Source of the DNA: an uncultured Bacillota bacterium
Lineage (GTDB): Bacteria > Bacillota_I > Bacilli_A > RF39 > UBA660
Direction: 5' to 3'
NCBI GenBank assembly: GCA_942493215.1
Contig: OW818670.1
Coordinates: 153,209 to 217,208 of the forward strand
DNA: 64,000 nucleotides
The translations under genes and the position numbers were made by a program. Below the pieces are notes generated by a model. It did not search any database. It saw only the letters and a list, made by a program, of their open reading frames with translations, and had not been told where the DNA came from. Shown here in pieces: positions 30,380-40,417 of this stretch; the stretch's first letter is position 1; each line of letters opens with the position of its first letter.

Positions 30380-31823
30380 CTCTAGCCGTTATATTCTTAT
30401 AGCCTAATACTTCTTCTATTTTATTGGCCATATTTAAGACCAATGCATCATCTTTTACTCGACCCGTTATATTAATCGCAATGGGCATCATATTGATAAA
30501 CCCATTAGGTAGGGTAATACTAGGAAATCCTCCAAAATTACCAATTACTAAATGATTTTCTAATAATAAATAGCGATCAGATAATTGATCATTTTTTGTA
30601 CCAAACTTAGGAGCTGGACCCCCACTAGCTGGCATAATTAAACCATCATATACTTTAAATAATTCATTAATCTTATCTACTATCATATGTCTTACTCGAC
30701 CAGCATTTAAAAATAATTTTTCTTGATTTTCTTTTTGTAAAATATAACTACCTAGTATAAATCGTCTTTTAATAAGTTCCGAAAATCCTTTATTACGAGC
30801 ATTAAACATTATTTCATCAATACTATTTCCCTCACCTCGTGGTCCATATAGAATACCTGTTAAATTAGCATTATTACTAGTTGCTTCCGCACATGAAATA
30901 GTCATATAGACAGGATATAAAGCATTAAATAAATTCTTATCTATGTTAACACCCTCAACAATAAAGCCAAGGTCTCGACATTTATCTAAAGTCTTGTGAA
31001 ATACTTCTAATGTTTGTTTCAATTCATCATCTGGATCTTGATAATACTCTAATTCACAAGCTTCTTTTAAATAAAATAGTTTTTTACCTTTAATATCACT
31101 GTTAATACTATCAGCATACACTTTACCATCATCTGATAAACTTGTCATATCATTTACATCTTTTCCCTTTAAAACATCAACAACATAAGTAATATCTAAT
31201 ACATTACGAGCAAATATTCCCACATGATCAAGACTAGAAGCAAAGGGAAATAAACCATATCTTGATATTAAACCATAAGTGGGCTTAAAACCTACGACTC
31301 CTCCAAATGCTGCTGGCTTACGAACTGAATCGCCTGTATCTGATCCAATACTAAATGGTACTATATCTAAAGCAACACTAGCGGCACTTCCGGCTGATGA
31401 TCCACCTATTAAGCAACTATCATCCCAGGGATTTTTTACTACCCCCGTATGACCAGTTGTACCAGTTCCCCCCATTGCTAATTCATCTAGTACAGTTTTA
31501 CCAATTAAGACAGCACCAGCCTCTTTTAATTTCTTATAAACAGTTGCATCATAGACTGGAACATAATCTTTTAATATATTAGATGAAGCTGTTGTTAATA
31601 TACCTTTAGTTGAATAATTATCCTTTATAGCATAAGGAATGCCACTTAAAATACTATTACTTTTTTGTTCTTCCATTTCATCCATAATGGTAATAAAAGA
31701 ATTGTATTTTTCTTGATATACATAAGCTAAACTTTTAGCTTCCATAAAAGCCGAAAAACTAGTTATTTCTTTACTATCCAATTTACTTCTTAAATTACTA
31801 ATAGATTTTTCTGAATAATTCAT
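30363..31823 (-). CDS. gatA: Asp/Glu-tRNA amidotransferase subunit A (amidase signature family)
   Basis: Amidase signature GGSSGGSAA-like (GGSSAGSAASVA) with the Ser-cisSer-Lys triad region. Confidence 0.95.
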   Translation of the reverse strand: MNYSEKSISNLRSKLDSKEITSFSAFMEAKSLAYVYQEKYNSFITIMDEMEEQKSNSILSGIPYAIKDNYSTKGILTTASSNILKDYVPVYDATVYKKLKEAGAVLIGKTVLDELAMGGTGTTGHTGVVKNPWDDSCLIGGSSAGSAASVALDIVPFSIGSDTGDSVRKPAAFGGVVGFKPTYGLISRYGLFPFASSLDHVGIFARNVLDITYVVDVLKGKDVNDMTSLSDDGKVYADSINSDIKGKKLFYLKEACELEYYQDPDDELKQTLEVFHKTLDKCRDLGFIVEGVNIDKNLFNALYPVYMTISCAEATSNNANLTGILYGPRGEGNSIDEIMFNARNKGFSELIKRRFILGSYILQKENQEKLFLNAGRVRHMIVDKINELFKVYDGLIMPASGGPAPKFGTKNDQLSDRYLLLENHLVIGNFGGFPSITLPNGFINMMPIAINITGRVKDDALVLNMANKIEEVLGYKNITARGDANV

Positions 31824-32114
31824 TTACTCCACCACCTTTGGTACTTTAACCTGATTATGATTAACCTGTTTAACGTTCTTTAAAACATCTTCGACCGGTA
31901 AATTATCACCTATTACATCTTCTCGCAAAGCAGTATGATAATCAGTAAAAGGAAAAGTCATAGGTTCATAATCTTTAATACCATCAATCTTACCTATTAA
32001 ATCCATTTGTTTTAATATTACTTCAAATTCACTCTCTAATGTAACATACTCATCTTCATTCATTTCAAACATTAACTTACGAGCATATTCTCTTAATTTT
32101 TCTTTTTCAATCAT
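31824..32114 (-). CDS. gatC: Asp/Glu-tRNA amidotransferase subunit C
   Basis: Small subunit directly upstream of and abutting gatA. The start was moved to ATG 32114, 5 nt after AGGAGG. The track ORF begins further upstream. Confidence 0.85.
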   Translation of the reverse strand: MIEKEKLREYARKLMFEMNEDEYVTLESEFEVILKQMDLIGKIDGIKDYEPMTFPFTDYHTALREDVIGDNLPVEDVLKNVKQVNHNQVKVPKVVE

Positions 32115-32124
32115 AACAATCCTC

Positions 32125-32390
32125 CTAGCATTAAAAAAACAGCAATTCAAAATCCCTTGCAGGGACGAATTACTGTTGTATCCGCGGTACCACCCTAATT
32201 ATCATTATTCATGATCTACTTAATTCTAACAAATCTAGTAATATGATAACGGATTACATTCCGACTTACACTACTAACCTCTTCGTATAAGTAACTCAGG
32301 AGCGTTTTTCATTAATATCTTATTGTTAGCTTCCACCTATTCTAACTCGCTTTAAATAAAAATATCATTACTCTTTCCTTCGCAGTCGTT
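32125..32390 (-). promoter_or_regulatory. T-box riboswitch leader of the gatCAB-aspS operon
   Basis: Minus-strand transcript from a TTGACA-17-TATAAT promoter (32425..32397). It carries a stem I start with a GA/AGAGUA kink-turn motif (GCGAAGGAAAGAGTAATGA). It carries the conserved T-box sequence AATTAGGGTGGTACCGCGG (32196..32178). It ends in a terminator helix (ACAGTAATTCGTCCC/GGGATTTTGAATTGCTGT) plus a U-run that overlaps the antiterminator. A candidate specifier is GAA-AAC-G (Asn) in ATGAAAAACGC. Confidence 0.8.
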
Positions 32391-32459
32391 AAAAGCATTA
32401 TAGAGTAATTTCCATAATATGTCAAGTATATATTTTTAGTATTAATATTATAGTTACTT

Positions 32460-33170
32460 TTATCCTACTAATTGCTTTTGTTTATCTTTAATAGGAATTT
32501 TATAAAAAAGCCGTCTACTTAAAAAAGACCGCAATTTTATTCTAGCCATTATAAGATTCTTTGAAACAGTACTTTGGTGAGTATTAAGCATTTCAGCAAT
32601 TTCTCTTGTCTTAAAACTTTGCTGATTAAAAAGACCGTAAAAAAGAATTATAATATTTTTTTCCAATTCATTTAAAATAAATAAAGAGGCTTCAATATCA
32701 CTACCTGTTACTTGTTCAATATAATCATTTTCAACATTCTGACCAGTATCTAGTGCTCGTAGTAGTGAAAAATCATCATCTTCATTATTATTATCTAAAG
32801 TGGCTTCTAAACTCATATCGTATGACTTAACTCTAGATAATTGATTTTTAATTACATGTCTAATACATGGTTTTAAATAAGATCTAAAGGTTATTCCTAT
32901 CTCAAAATCAAAGTTTTCAATAGCTCTAACGATAGCAAATACCCCTTCACTAACCAAATCCTCATCACTTACCGTGGCATTATTATCATATCCAAAATAA
33001 GTATGTATCAAAGTTGTTATTATTCTTATATTATGCACTATTAATATATTTCTAGCATTTAGATCACCATTTTTTGCTAAATAAAGATATTTTATGGTAT
33101 CTTCCTCGGAAAGTAATGGTGGTAAATCAAGGCCATCAAAAACATAATTTATTTTTCTATTAGAATACAT
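32460..33170 (-). CDS. RNA polymerase sigma factor, SigK/SigE-like sporulation family (divergent paralog)
   Basis: Region 2 (LSEEDTIKYLYLAKNGDLNARNILIVHNIRII...DLVSEGVFAIVRAIENFDFEIGITFRSYLKPCIRHVIKN) and region 4 HTH (REIAEMLNTHQSTVSKNLIMARIKL). 236 aa with no pro-sequence. Confidence 0.75.
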   Translation of the reverse strand: MYSNRKINYVFDGLDLPPLLSEEDTIKYLYLAKNGDLNARNILIVHNIRIITTLIHTYFGYDNNATVSDEDLVSEGVFAIVRAIENFDFEIGITFRSYLKPCIRHVIKNQLSRVKSYDMSLEATLDNNNEDDDFSLLRALDTGQNVENDYIEQVTGSDIEASLFILNELEKNIIILFYGLFNQQSFKTREIAEMLNTHQSTVSKNLIMARIKLRSFLSRRLFYKIPIKDKQKQLVG

Positions 33171-33330
33171 ACAGCATACTTCCTCTTCTTGTTTTTCTAA
33201 TTTTATTGATAATAAAAGTTAATAGTTGGTTATTATAGCACAAAATTAGCATTTTATCCAACAAATTATATAATTAATTATGCCTATATTCTTAATATAA
33301 AAAAATTATGTAAGTTATTAGCTTACATAA

Positions 33331-34455
33331 TTAAATACTTTTACCAATAGTTCTCTTTTTTAAAAGATGATTACTTATACATTTTGTTGTAATAATAGTT
33401 CTTTGAGTTCTAAAACACCAGTTGTCACCATCATCAAAAACATCTATCTTTGCGTAAAAAGGTTCAAGAAAAAACTGTCCCTTCATTTCATTTGGCTCAA
33501 TGTAAGCTATACCAAAGAAACTGTGGTTTGATCCATCACGAGCTGGTCTTTCAATTAATGCCATTTCTTTATCTGCTACTAAAGTAATATTTTTATATTT
33601 TGCCGGTATAATGTTATCTAAAGTAGCTCTTCCTTGCAAATCTAACACTAATCTTGATAAACCACAAGTATTTTCATCATTTGCTAATTTATGTTTTATG
33701 AGATTATTTTCATAAATAATAAATTCGGAGAAAATATCTCCAATATTCATAGTGTTTGGTGTAACAACTAATGGTCTTATCTCTCCATCGATTTTTTTAA
33801 ATAAACAAATAATTATGATTTGATTATCAACAACTAATAATCTAACCGAATAATTAATTAAATATGTAGTATTATCATTAAATAGTATTCTTCCATAAGT
33901 ATCTATAACTACCAATTGAGCTAATTCTTCATTAATTTTCTTCCAACCTATATAAATATTTGCCGTTTTATCATATTCTAATAAGTCCAGTCTTAAAGTA
34001 GCTATCTTAGCATTATTAGAATCAAAAATATCTTGCTTACCATTTGCATCAATTCCAATTGGTATGATTAAATGATTTTTACCTTTAGCAACACAAATAT
34101 CATCATATTCTTTTGAAGAATAAGAAATTTTTGGTTCATTAGTTAGATTACAAATAACTAATCTAAATCCCATGTGCTCATTTGTTTTTTTCCCAACCTT
34201 AAATCGTAAATATAAAGGATAACCCTGCTCAATAGGTAATAACTCAACAGTGTCACACTTTATTTTAAATAAGCATTTCTTTTGAAAATAAACCAACTTT
34301 ATAGTTTGTCCATCTACTACTCTAGTTTCAACATAGTATTTCACTATCATACCACTATGAAAAGCACATTTTTTTTCTTCTATTTGACGAATTATTTTTT
34401 CTTTAGTAATTGGCTCAAAACTAATTGATTCTTCAGTGTAATTTTTTACTTCCAT
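33331..34455 (-). CDS. Hypothetical soluble protein (374 aa) between the two sigma-factor genes
   Basis: ORF with no TM segment and no recognisable motif. Same strand as both sigma genes and positioned between them. Confidence 0.5.
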   Translation of the reverse strand: MEVKNYTEESISFEPITKEKIIRQIEEKKCAFHSGMIVKYYVETRVVDGQTIKLVYFQKKCLFKIKCDTVELLPIEQGYPLYLRFKVGKKTNEHMGFRLVICNLTNEPKISYSSKEYDDICVAKGKNHLIIPIGIDANGKQDIFDSNNAKIATLRLDLLEYDKTANIYIGWKKINEELAQLVVIDTYGRILFNDNTTYLINYSVRLLVVDNQIIIICLFKKIDGEIRPLVVTPNTMNIGDIFSEFIIYENNLIKHKLANDENTCGLSRLVLDLQGRATLDNIIPAKYKNITLVADKEMALIERPARDGSNHSFFGIAYIEPNEMKGQFFLEPFYAKIDVFDDGDNWCFRTQRTIITTKCISNHLLKKRTIGKSI

Positions 34456-34582
34456 AAACCACCAACTTTATTATATCTTAATACCGAGTTGATAACTTTT
34501 TAATCATTTGTTTCTTCAATGAGAATAATAACACTAACATATCTGAAAGTCAATATAAGTTATATTAATAAAAGATTGCTAT

Positions 34583-35299
34583 CTAAACAACTTTTTGTTC
34601 ACAAACCTCTTTATCATTAACTTCTGATTTTCCATTATAACCAAGATGATTTTCCATCTTAAATAAATAATCCTTAATCTGTATTAAAGCTGAGGCCTCT
34701 ATTCTACTTACAGTTGATTGAGAACGATTCATTATAACGCCAATCTCTTTTTGAGATAATGGTTCATTATCTTCAAAACCATTACGCATACTAACAACCT
34801 GATGTTCTTTGGCAGTAAGAAAAAATAAAGCTTTTCTAATCTCCTCATATAATTCATATTCATTATAAGCCTCTTCAATATTACAATCATCACATAATGT
34901 ATCTAATAAAGATAATGCATTACCATTATAATAAACCATTTTATTTACACTAATGGTACGATGCCTTTTATTTTTTCTTAATTCCATAAATATTTCATTT
35001 TTTATACATGTCTTAGCATAAGAAACAAAATTAACTCCCCTGTCTAATTTAAAAGAATTTAATGCTTTAAACATTCCTAATATTCCAATACTAATTAAAT
35101 CATCCATATCAAGACCAGGAATAGGCTTAATTTTTAACTTCTCTACTACTAAGTTTATAACAAATAAAGTATAATGCTCTTTAAGTTTATTTCTAGCATA
35201 TTCATCACCAATACTAGCTAATTGAAAATAGTATTTTTTTTCAGCAGCTGATAATTGTTTTATTTCTTTACTATAATAATTAATACTATTTACTTTCAT
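34583..35299 (-). CDS. RNA polymerase sigma factor, SigK-like (SigE/SigK sporulation family)
   Basis: Strong similarity to B. subtilis SigK/SigE through regions 2-4 (LSAAEKKYYFQLASIGDEYARNKLKEHYTLFV...DLISIGILGMFKALNSF...FVSYAKTCIKNEI...SQKEIGVIMNRSQSTVSRIE). 238 aa. Confidence 0.8.
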   Translation of the reverse strand: MKVNSINYYSKEIKQLSAAEKKYYFQLASIGDEYARNKLKEHYTLFVINLVVEKLKIKPIPGLDMDDLISIGILGMFKALNSFKLDRGVNFVSYAKTCIKNEIFMELRKNKRHRTISVNKMVYYNGNALSLLDTLCDDCNIEEAYNEYELYEEIRKALFFLTAKEHQVVSMRNGFEDNEPLSQKEIGVIMNRSQSTVSRIEASALIQIKDYLFKMENHLGYNGKSEVNDKEVCEQKVV

Positions 35300-35675
35300 A
35301 CTTTTTCTCCCGTTGTTTTTGACTTTAATTTTAAATTAAAAAAGGTCCTAATTCATTAAAAGTGCTATTATTATAACACTAAAAAACAATAAATGAATAA
35401 TTTTTTCATTTATTGTGAAAAAATAATCATTAGATTATTTTTTAGCATACATTAGTATCAGTATATTTGTCTTCTATAATTTTAGGGTTATGGCCATTAA
35501 TTTTTGAATAAGCCATACAATAAGTTAAACCTAGTAATAAAACATTAGTTAAACATAAAAAGACGATTATTCCTCTTCTCATATATTTCTTTTTTTCATC
35601 TTCCATATTATCACTTCCTATATATAATTGTAGTATGTTTTAATTCAACATTTTTTATTCAAAAATTATATATTT

Positions 35676-36194
35676 TCAGTTACAATTTAATTGCTTGAAA
35701 TAAATATCTCTTCGCCCTCTTTTAAAATCTTTTTGACCAATTTTGAGAAATTCATCTTTGAGAAAATTATTGATAGAATATATATTATCAGGATGAATAG
35801 TAGCAACCGCATATTTACAACCTATATTTAAGGCATATTGATTTAAAACTTTTAGCATTTGATATTGTAAACCATTACCAATATATTTAGGATTAACCAT
35901 CATAGGCCCATAATCAGCTATAAGTCTAAAATCATAATTACTTATTTCTAACTTCATTGCTGAATGTTCTGTTGCTGGTATATACATCATTGAGCAAACT
36001 ATTTCATCATTTAAATAATAGTTCCATATTTTACTATTATCTTTTAACATTTGTTTTAAATCATCTTCTGAAAAAACACCTAACCAATCAGGATGTTCCA
36101 TATTATCTCTAACCATTTTACTAAATATTAGATATTCATCTAGATTAATACTATCATCCTGACAAACAAGATCTGTTAAATATATTTTATCCAT
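35676..36194 (-). CDS. GNAT-family N-acetyltransferase (putative)
   Basis: Motif A-like VNPKYIGNGLQYQMLKVL near the C-terminal half. 172 aa. Confidence 0.55.
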   Translation of the reverse strand: MDKIYLTDLVCQDDSINLDEYLIFSKMVRDNMEHPDWLGVFSEDDLKQMLKDNSKIWNYYLNDEIVCSMMYIPATEHSAMKLEISNYDFRLIADYGPMMVNPKYIGNGLQYQMLKVLNQYALNIGCKYAVATIHPDNIYSINNFLKDEFLKIGQKDFKRGRRDIYFKQLNCN

Positions 36195-36266
36195 TTTATA
36201 ATTGGCCTCTTTTCTACTATAATTATAACACTTATTGTCTTAAGAAAAAAACACTATAAAGTGTTT

Positions 36267-36584
36267 CTAATTTAAATGTTTATTAACAAAACTTCTAATT
36301 GCTTGCTCATTAGCAAAGCCAACCATACTATCTAATAGACTGCCATTTTTAAATAGTATCATCGTTGGTATTGACATAACTTGATATTGCATCGCTAACT
36401 GTCCATTTTCATCAACATTTACTTTAGCTATATCAAAGCCTGTTTCTTCTTTACTAATACTCTCTAATATAGGGGCGACCATTTTACATGGTCCACACCA
36501 ATTAGCATAAAAATCAACTAATATTAACTTATCATTCTTTAAAACTTCTTTTTCAAAATTATTTTCATCAACATGTTTTAACAT
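36267..36584 (-). CDS. trxA: Thioredoxin
   Basis: WCGPC active site. 105 aa. Confidence 0.92.
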   Translation of the reverse strand: MLKHVDENNFEKEVLKNDKLILVDFYANWCGPCKMVAPILESISKEETGFDIAKVNVDENGQLAMQYQVMSIPTMILFKNGSLLDSMVGFANEQAIRSFVNKHLN

Positions 36585-36631
36585 TTTCTTTCCTCCTCTT
36601 TTTATGGACTTTGACAGATTGTAACATAAAA

Positions 36632-36910
36632 CTAATTTTTGGTTATCTCAAACTTTTTAATTATTTCTTCAATTTCTTTATTAGCAATGGAGTAATAGAC
36701 CTCATTACCCACTTTTTTAGCGCTTATCATACCCATCGCCTTTAATTTAGCTAATTGCTGTGACACCACTGATTGTGATGTACAAGCACATGCTTGTAAA
36801 CCTGTAACATTCTTTTCTTTGGTATGACATAAGCTTACTAAAATACAAAGTCTTACCTCATTGGATAAAACATCAAAAATAGTTGCTAAATCCTTTATAT
36901 TCATCTTCAC
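36632..36910 (-). CDS. ArsR/SmtB-family transcriptional regulator
   Basis: Winged HTH (LSNEVRLCILVSLCHTKEKNVTGLQACACTSQSVVSQQLAKLKAMGMI). 92 aa. Confidence 0.8.
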   Translation of the reverse strand: MKMNIKDLATIFDVLSNEVRLCILVSLCHTKEKNVTGLQACACTSQSVVSQQLAKLKAMGMISAKKVGNEVYYSIANKEIEEIIKKFEITKN

Positions 36911-36999
36911 TATATCATCTCCATTAATATATTATAATATTCTAATATATTTGTCAATAGTATAAGCCCAATTAATAAAAAAAGACATATGTCTTTTCC

Positions 37000-37929
37000 C
37001 TATTCCGTAATATTATTGTATTTATTTTTTATTTCATCTATTCGGGAAAAACTAGAATGATTATTTACCATATCTTTATAGGCTTGTAAAACCTCTTCTT
37101 TTAATGTTACACCATCTTGATTATAGATTGAACTATTAGGTAATATATCATCTCCCGTATAAATATTGAATAAATTATCATATTCTTTTTTGACAATACT
37201 ATCAGTAGAATATTTAGTCATATACCCATCATAAAGTAAAATTATTTTTTCAAAGTCCATCCAAGAAATAACTAGACTACCATCTTTATATAAATAATTA
37301 CTATTAGTATACTTATAAATATTATTTTTTAGGATGCAATAATCTTTACTTGAATTATCTAACATATATTTATAAATGTTATATAAATAAGCATAATTAA
37401 CATCAATTGAATAAACATTTTCACTATTATCGATGTAGTAGTAATCTAATAATGGCATATTATAAACAATTATGGTGTATAAATTATAATCTACTTTCTC
37501 TGATAAATCGGATAAGGTATTATTATAATCATAAGCCTGATTTAATAGTATCTTTTTAAAACCATCTATATCACTAGTAGTCATAATATCTTTATTAAGC
37601 ATTTCTTTTTTGGCACTATCTACTTTATTTTTCATTGCTTTACCTAAAGTTGTTAAGGATTTTAAAACATTTTCTTTTGTTACTATTTGTTCATTAGTAA
37701 GATTAGCATTAATATCAATATGATTAGTATCAATAAGATCCTTTACATAGGCTTTATTATTAAAAACCAAATCATCAATATTTTCTTTAGTATAATCCGT
37801 ATTACTAGTTTTAGTAGCACTATTAAAATTTATCCATTTATATTTTTGATTTAAATAATAACCACCACCAATAATAATTACAAGTAATAATAAGGATAAA
37901 AAAGTTTTAAATATACTGTTAGACTCCAT
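37000..37929 (-). CDS. Hypothetical membrane-anchored protein (309 aa, N-terminal TM, Asn/Tyr-rich)
   Basis: ORF with a single N-terminal hydrophobic helix. No recognisable motif. Confidence 0.5.
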   Translation of the reverse strand: MESNSIFKTFLSLLLLVIIIGGGYYLNQKYKWINFNSATKTSNTDYTKENIDDLVFNNKAYVKDLIDTNHIDINANLTNEQIVTKENVLKSLTTLGKAMKNKVDSAKKEMLNKDIMTTSDIDGFKKILLNQAYDYNNTLSDLSEKVDYNLYTIIVYNMPLLDYYYIDNSENVYSIDVNYAYLYNIYKYMLDNSSKDYCILKNNIYKYTNSNYLYKDGSLVISWMDFEKIILLYDGYMTKYSTDSIVKKEYDNLFNIYTGDDILPNSSIYNQDGVTLKEEVLQAYKDMVNNHSSFSRIDEIKNKYNNITE

Positions 37930-38125
37930 TTACTGCCAACTCCTTTATAACTATATTATACTGCATTTAAATACTTTAAAGAATTAATAAAAAGAATATT
38001 TTACATCTTTATGACAGTTAATAAAACCTAGATTGTTATAAATCTAGGTTAATACTATATAATCTTTTGTAATTAAATACCTCTCATATCAGTTAATATA
38101 CCCATTAAGTCAGATACGCTATATA

Positions 38126-38998
38126 CTAAGTATTATCTTTTTTTCTAAAATTATTTATCCATTCAAAATCATTAGGATCAATATTATCTTGGCGAATAAT
38201 ATTTTGTAATAATGTCCCATGAAAATCACTACCACCACTAATAAGTAGGTTATGTTGCCTACAAAAATCTAAATAGGCTTTTGTTTCTTCCTCTGTATGT
38301 AATAAATAATAACACTCAATCCCATCAATATCTGTACTACTGCATATATCATTTAAAAATTTCATTTTATCTTTAATCATTTTATATTGACCGGGATGCG
38401 CAAGAATTGCTACTCCTCCTGCTTCATGAATTTTAGCAACTGTTTCGGTAGCAGAAAATCCTAAACTTTCTTCGGATACAAAAAATGGACTATCAGGATT
38501 AGAAAAGGCGTTACGATAAAGAGCACCTCTGTTTTCCATTATTTCAGGCCCTAATATTCTAATATTATAATCACAATATTTATTTAATAAATCAAATAAT
38601 GCGATACCAGCATATGTTCCAGGGCTAATATCTTCATCATCAAACTTTAATCCAAGCTCCCTTGCCACTTTTTTTCCTTGCTCAAAAGCTTCTTTTTGAA
38701 ATTCCCATATTCGTTTATCTTTTTGATCAAAATAAGGTTTCAAATAATCTGCATCAATAAAATAGCCTAATATTTCAATAGGATATTCCTGAAAAGTGCA
38801 TTTCACTTCCACTCCTGGTATTAAAATACCCGTATAATAATCACCAATATTTATACCTCTTAAAGATAAATAAGTATTAACATTATCATGATCAGTAATA
38901 GAAGCAATTTTAATACCATTTTGTTCAATTTTCTTTAATAGTTCAATTGGTGTTAAAACACCATCAGAATTATTAGTATGCATATGTAAATTAATCAT
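38126..38998 (-). CDS. PHP-domain metal-dependent phosphoesterase
   Basis: MINLHMHTNNSDG N-terminal PHP motif. His/Asp metal ligands recur through the ORF. Confidence 0.8.
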   Translation of the reverse strand: MINLHMHTNNSDGVLTPIELLKKIEQNGIKIASITDHDNVNTYLSLRGINIGDYYTGILIPGVEVKCTFQEYPIEILGYFIDADYLKPYFDQKDKRIWEFQKEAFEQGKKVARELGLKFDDEDISPGTYAGIALFDLLNKYCDYNIRILGPEIMENRGALYRNAFSNPDSPFFVSEESLGFSATETVAKIHEAGGVAILAHPGQYKMIKDKMKFLNDICSSTDIDGIECYYLLHTEEETKAYLDFCRQHNLLISGGSDFHGTLLQNIIRQDNIDPNDFEWINNFRKKDNT

Positions 38999-39051
38999 AT
39001 CATCACTTCCTATTTGATTATAACAGTATAAAAAGTAATTTACAATGTAAA

Positions 39052-39675
39052 TTACTTTTTACTAACTAAATATCTTAATACTGTTTTTAATTTAGTAGGA
39101 TCAGCTTTTCTGGCATCAGAAAGATAGATTTCTCGATGTCTTAATGTCTTAATAACTAAATTATTATCATTAATAAACTTTTTCATTTGTTCAAAAGTTT
39201 TAGATTCACTATCATAAGAACCAATATGTAACATTTGAACAACTAATCCTTCTTCCATATTCTCTAATCTTACTGCATTAAATAAAGGACTATCATTCTT
39301 CTTTTTAACTAATTCTATCGCTTTATTAAATACATCAGGCGTAACAAAACAGGGTTGTCTAATCATAATTGTATATAGTAATTCATCTTTATTTAAAGTA
39401 GTACTTTTTTTGCCTTCTTCTGTTAAATCCCATAAACCTTCTAAAGGATATACTTGATAATCAAAATAACCATCAGGAGTATAACCTTTTCTTGGCATCA
39501 TTTTAATCGTATAAGATAATTGATATAATACTTCTACTCTTTTACCAAAATCAGGATTATTAGGATTACCTTCTCCATTTATCATTAAGAATTGGAATGA
39601 GGGAATCGTTACTAATTCAGGTTTTTCTTTAGGTAAATAAAACTGTTTTTCAACTTTCTTCCATTCCTGTTTCAT
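39052..39675 (-). CDS. GyrI-like small-molecule-binding domain protein
   Basis: 207 aa with the length and composition pattern of GyrI-like effector-binding domains. Confidence 0.55.
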   Translation of the reverse strand: MKQEWKKVEKQFYLPKEKPELVTIPSFQFLMINGEGNPNNPDFGKRVEVLYQLSYTIKMMPRKGYTPDGYFDYQVYPLEGLWDLTEEGKKSTTLNKDELLYTIMIRQPCFVTPDVFNKAIELVKKKNDSPLFNAVRLENMEEGLVVQMLHIGSYDSESKTFEQMKKFINDNNLVIKTLRHREIYLSDARKADPTKLKTVLRYLVSKK

Positions 39676-39689
39676 ATTGTCTCCTTTAA

Positions 39690-40403
39690 CTATAATCCAA
39701 AAAAAGTACTAGCAATAAGATTTTTATCAGGATAATTAGCATTATGCATTGTCTGTTCAAATTTAGAACGATCATAAGTAACTTCTTTTTTCTCAATCCT
39801 ATAATCATTATCATTAATTGTTAATATCACATAATGTGTTAGATTGTTTATTGTACAACCACTACTACCAACATCATAGCCCTTTTTTGAGTCACCATCT
39901 ATTACCAATTCACTATGCTCATGACCAAAAAAGATGATATCACATTCTTCTGACTTGATTATTTCTTTAATTAAGCCATCTCTTAATATTTCCAGTGAAT
40001 GAAAAGGATAACCATCCGTCGAATCTTTATTAATTAAAAAATGCTTGAAACCAATAAGATAATTATTTATCTTTAAATTATATTCAAGATTACATTTTAA
40101 TAAATACTCTCTATGTTTATTATCTAAATTACTAGCCACCCATCTTTGATGTTCCTTTTGACGATCTGATAATTCATCATCAACTTGTATACCCTCAATA
40201 AAGTATAACTCATGATTACCAAATAACATTCGAATATTATTGTTAATAATCAAATCTAAACATTCCCTAGGATTAGGACCAATAGCTAGAACATCACCTA
40301 AACATATTACTTCATCAAACTTATTTTTATTAATATCATTTATAATAGCTTCTAAGGCCTGAAAATTAGAATGAATATCGGAAAATATTGCCACTTTATA
40401 CAT
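39690..40403 (-). CDS. Metallophosphoesterase (YfcE/MJ0936-like)
   Basis: IFSDIHSN...GDVLAIGP...GNHE...GHEH motifs. Confidence 0.8.
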   Translation of the reverse strand: MYKVAIFSDIHSNFQALEAIINDINKNKFDEVICLGDVLAIGPNPRECLDLIINNNIRMLFGNHELYFIEGIQVDDELSDRQKEHQRWVASNLDNKHREYLLKCNLEYNLKINNYLIGFKHFLINKDSTDGYPFHSLEILRDGLIKEIIKSEECDIIFFGHEHSELVIDGDSKKGYDVGSSGCTINNLTHYVILTINDNDYRIEKKEVTYDRSKFEQTMHNANYPDKNLIASTFFGL

Positions 40404-40417
40404 CTTATCACCTACTA

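Noticed and set aside
32460-35299. Interpretation of the two sigma-factor ORFs as the two halves of a sigK gene split by a skin-like excisable element
   Set aside because: Each ORF independently contains both region 2 and region 4, so each is full length. The intervening DNA is only one gene and encodes no recombinase.
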